A stretch of 64,000 nt of DNA from Eledone cirrhosa (Eukaryota): assembly GCA_964016885.1 (NCBI GenBank), contig OZ024757.1:8804001-8868000 (forward strand). The letters run 5' to 3'. Under the pieces are notes generated by a model. The model did no database searches. It saw nothing but the letters and a program-made list of their open reading frames with translations, and was not told the origin of the DNA. A program made the translations under genes and the position numbers. Of this stretch, positions 59,290 to 64,000 are shown in pieces (the first letter of the stretch is position 1; each line of letters starts with the position of its first letter).

Positions 59290-60663
59290 AACACGGCGTC
59301 TTAGCTTCCTCGTAAATACACATTTACTACTGAATTTTCTCTAATCTTGATAACAGTCGTTATAACTAAAATGTATTCTTACATACACACGCATACCGTG
59401 TGTGTACACAGAATCTCACAGTCACACACGCACACACATGGTTCACACACTCAAAAAGCCACCAAACCAACGGAGAAACACACACAAACTGTTACTCGTT
59501 AATGTTATATACAACCCAATATACATATATGTACAGATCAACATACGCAAAACACTAGCATGACTTCACTTATATATATATATACACACTATTTTATTCA
59601 TCAGTTCCAGCATACACAATATGTAGACTTTCATGTTTACAAATATATGATGTAATCTCGATTTGACATTAATGTTGAAACACGTGTCATAGTTCTCTGT
59701 ACAGACTAATAGAAAGTGTGTTTGAAATAAAACTTACGTTCGTTGGAGACAGTGTCTATTGTTATGCCTGGCTGAGAGACAAGGTTCTCTACAGGTGAAA
59801 TAACTGGAAGAAATATGGAAGAAAATAATAGGAATGCAAGAAGCTTTTCTTGGGAAGAGTTTGTTATCAATTTGAAGAAATGGTAGAATAAGACGTTGTA
59901 TTTTGAATTACCTAGACCCATTTAGTTATATATGGGCTGTCTGGAATTATGAGACAAATATGGTAGTTTCGATATGTGCATAAAGAACAAATATATATGA
60001 TGGGATAACCAAATATGTAGAGCAATAGCTGATCTAGTCATACGAGGATAAGGAGTATGAACAACGAAGGAAGACCTGAAATAGTGAAGAAGTGTCGGAG
60101 GAAATTTGGTTAAAGATGAGAACTCTGATCTGTGAGATTATTCCATCTACCTCAAAGTATCTTGTGCAACATTCATCTTCTCTTTTTAACCAGAAATGTC
60201 ATTCTTTCATAGATAACTCTGATAATAGCCTGAAAAAGTGTATCTTTACTTTTGACCTCATTGTAATGTCTCTAAGGATCAAGGTCAATAAAATGTTTAT
60301 CCTTGATTATGTTAGGGAGATTGTAATATAATATTCTTGACTGAAATAAGTAGTTATACATTTACTGATCAAAACATAAATAAGTTTCTGAATAATTAAT
60401 AGATAATTTTAAATTAATAACTTACTCTTTTCGGCAAGTTTGGTCTTGAGTGTTGCACTTCGAGAAGACAAATATGAAGCGTCAGCTAGAAAACATAAAC
60501 AAAATAATAGTAAAACTCTATGTATATATATACAAATTTATATTACAAATACAGAAAACAGTTATTTGATTCATTATCTCTGATATACTGATAAATACAC
60601 CAGGTCCGAACACAAAAAGAAACAAGTTACCATGTCCTTACCAAATATATATATATACATTTT

Positions 60664-60727
<64 letters not shown>

Positions 60728-62050
60728 TATAGGAACACGGCTTCTTAGCTTCTTCGTAAATATACATTTACTACTGAATTTTCTCTAATCTTGATAACAG
60801 TCGTTATAACTAAAATGTATTCTGACATACACACGCATACCGTGTGTGTACACAGAATCTCACAGTCACACACGCACACACATGGTTCACACACTCAAAA
60901 AGCCACCAAACCAACGGAGAAACACACACAAACTGTTACTCGTTAATGTTATATACAACCCAATATACATATATGTACAGATCAACATACGCAAAACACT
61001 AGCATGACTTCACTTATATATATATATACACACTATTTTATTCATCAGTTCCAGCATACACAATATGTAGACTTTCATGTTTACAAATATATGATGTAAT
61101 CTCGATTTGACATTAATGTTGAAACACGTGTCATAGTTCTCTGTACAGACTAATAGAAAGTGTGTTTGAAATAAAACTTACGTTCGTTGGAGACAGTGTC
61201 TATTGTTATGCCTGGCTGAGAGACAAGGTTCTCTACAGGTGAAATAACTGGAAGAAATATGGAAGAAAATAATAGGAATGCAAGAAGCTTTTCTTGGGAA
61301 GAGTTTGTTATCAATTTGAAGAAATGTTAGAATAAGACGTTGTATTTTGAATTACCTAGACCCATTTAGTTATATATGGGCTGTCTGGAATTATGAGACA
61401 AATATGGTAGTTTCGATATGTGCATAAAGAACAAATATATATGATGGGATAACCAAATATGTAGAGCAATAGCTGATCTAGTCATACGAGGATAAGGAGT
61501 ATGAACAACGAAGGAAGACCTGAAATAGTGAAGAAGTGTCGGAGGAAATTTGGTTAAAGATGAGAACTCTGATCTGTGAGATTATTCCATCTACCTCAAA
61601 GTATCTTGTGCAACATTCATCTTCTCTTTTTAACCAGAAATGTCATTTTTTCATAGATAACTCTGATAATAGCCTGAAAAAGTGTATCTTTACTTTTGAC
61701 CTCATTGTAATGTCTCTAAGGATCAAGGTCAATAAAATGTTTATCCTTGATTATGTTAGGGAGATTGTAATATAATATTCTTGACTGAAATAAGTAGTTA
61801 TACATTTACTGATCAAAACATAAATAAGTTTCTGAATAATTAATAGATAATTTTAAATTAATAACTTACTCTTTTCGGCAAGTTTGGTCTTGAGTGTTGC
61901 ACTTCGAGAAGACAAATATGAAGCGTCAGCTAGAAAACATAACAAAATAATAGTAAAACTGTATGTATATATATACAAATTTATATTACAAATACAGAAA
62001 ACAGTTATTAGATTCATTATCTCTGATATACTGATAAATACACCAGGTCC
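49300..62050. repeat. Four-unit higher-order repeat, period 5794 bp
   Basis: Homologous positions 49948/55742/61536, 51374/57168, 52844/58638 and 54298/60092 share diagnostic variants. Confidence 0.92.
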
Positions 62051-62087
62051 GAACACAAAAAGAAACAAGTTACCATGTCCTTACCAA

Positions 62088-62176
<89 letters not shown>

Positions 62177-62499
62177 AACACGGCGTCTTAGCTTCCTCGT
62201 AAATATACATTTACTACTGAATTTTCTCTAATCTTGATAACAGTCGTTATAACTAAAATGTATTCTTACATACACACGCATACCGTGTGTGTACACAGAA
62301 TCTCACAGTCACACACGCACACACATGGTTCACACACTCAAAAAGCCACCAAACCAACGGAGAAACACACACACACTGTTACTCGTTAATGTTATATACA
62401 ACCCAATATACATATATGTACAGATCAACATACGCAAAACACTAGCATGACTTCACTTATATATATATACACACTATTTTAATTCATCAGTTCCAGCAT

Positions 62500-62901
62500 A
62501 CACAATATGTAGACTTTCATGTTTACAAATATATAATGTAATCTCGATTTGACATTAATGTTGAAACACGTGTCATAGTTCTCTGTACAGACTAATAGAA
62601 ATTGTGTTTGAAATAAATCTTACCTTTTTTGGAGACAGCGTCTCTTTTTATGACTGGCTCAGAGATAATGTCCTCTACAGGACTCACAACTGGAAAAGAA
62701 TACGGAAGAAAATAATAGGAAAGCTAGAAGGGTTTCTTGGGAAGAGTTTGTTGTCAATTTGAAGAAAACGTAGAATAAGGTGTTAGTATTTTAAATTAGC
62801 TAGAACAATTTAGTTATATATGGGCTGTCTGGTATTATGAGACAAATATTGTAGTTTCCCATTGGGCCTAAAGAACAAAAAGAACCAAGTTACCATGTCC
62901 T

Positions 62902-62970
<69 letters not shown>

Positions 62971-64000
62971 CATATTCAAGTATTTTTATAAATGCACGAT
63001 TCAGGACCACGGCGTCTTATCTCCGTAAATATACATTTACTACCAAATTTTCTCTAATCATGATAACAGTCGTTACAACTAAAATTTATTCTTACATACA
63101 CACGCATACAGTGTGTGTACACATAATCTCACCGTCACACACGCACACACATAGCTCACACACTCAAAAAGCCACCAAACCAACGGACAAACACACGCAA
63201 ACTGTTACTCGTTAATGTTATATACAACCCAATATACATATGTGTATACATCAACATACGCAAAACACTAGCATGACTTCACTTATATATATATACACAC
63301 TATTTTATTCATCAGTTCCAGCATACACAATATATAGACTTCCATGTTTACAAATATATAATGTATTCTCGATTTGACATTAATGTTGAAACACGTGTCA
63401 TAGTTTTCTGTACAGACTAATAGAAAGTTTGTTTGAAATACAATTTTCATTCTTTGGAGACAGCATTAGTAGGTATGCTTGGCTCAGAGACAAATTTCTC
63501 TACAGGGGAAATAACTGGAATAAAATACGGAAGAAAATATTAGGAAAGCTACAAGGTTTTCTTGGCAAGAGATTGTTGTCAATTTGAGGAAATGGTAGAA
63601 TAATGTGTCGTATTTTAAATTAGCTATAACTCTTTAGTTATATGTGGGGCGTCTGGAATCGTAATACAGATATTACGGGTTCCCACTGGTCCTAAAGAAC
63701 AAATATATATGATGGTATAACCAAATATTTAGAGCAATGCCGATCTACTGGATACGTGTATGAGGAGTATGAACAACGAAGGGGGACCAGAAATAGTGAA
63801 GAAGTGTGGGAGGTAATTTTGTTAAATATGAGAACACCGATGTGTCTGATAATTCCATCTACCTCAATGTATCTAGTGCAACATTCACCTTTTCTTTTGA
63901 ACCAGATATAATGTCATTCTTTCTTAGATAACTCTGAAAATGCGCTGAAAAGTTGTATCTTTACTTTTGACTACATTGTAAGATCTCTGATGATGGAAGT
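62500..64000 (-). repeat. Return to the older cassette block (copy of ~14.7-16.2 kb)
   Basis: Same order of diverged exon B, donor-less exon B (63449-63514) and diverged spacer as at 14826-16230. Confidence 0.9.
62624..62689 (-). CDS. Diverged exon B variant VSPVEDIISEPVIKRDAVSKK
   Basis: ttttccAG | 66 nt | AG-GTAAGA; paralogue of 14826. Confidence 0.6.

Overview
AT-rich, microsatellite-dense animal genomic DNA. SINE motifs suggest a coleoid cephalopod (Octopus-like); this is inference. About 58 kb (6174-64000) is a tandem array, with an older mosaic part (6.2-25.3 kb and 62.5-64 kb) and a young homogeneous part of 26 units of 1.3-1.5 kb. The supplied ORFs are almost all artefacts. Read on the minus strand, each unit carries two small phase-1 symmetric exons with canonical splice sites: exon A (60 nt) and exon B (66 nt). 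About 73 such cassettes lie upstream of three unique 63-nt paralogous exons and a terminal exon (200-3458). Together they look like the 3' part of one gene with a massively amplified micro-exon array. All exon classes align in register around an ancestral acidic-Tyr motif (ATYESL, FVYDSP), and the older B exons differ far more than their flanking introns. The introns hold two kinds of hammerhead-ribozyme element (one with a U3-A8 core), a non-autonomous Helitron with visible empty sites, SINEs, LINE fragments, a MITE-like palindrome and a 96-bp minisatellite. The 5' end of the gene is outside the window, so no gene name can be given.
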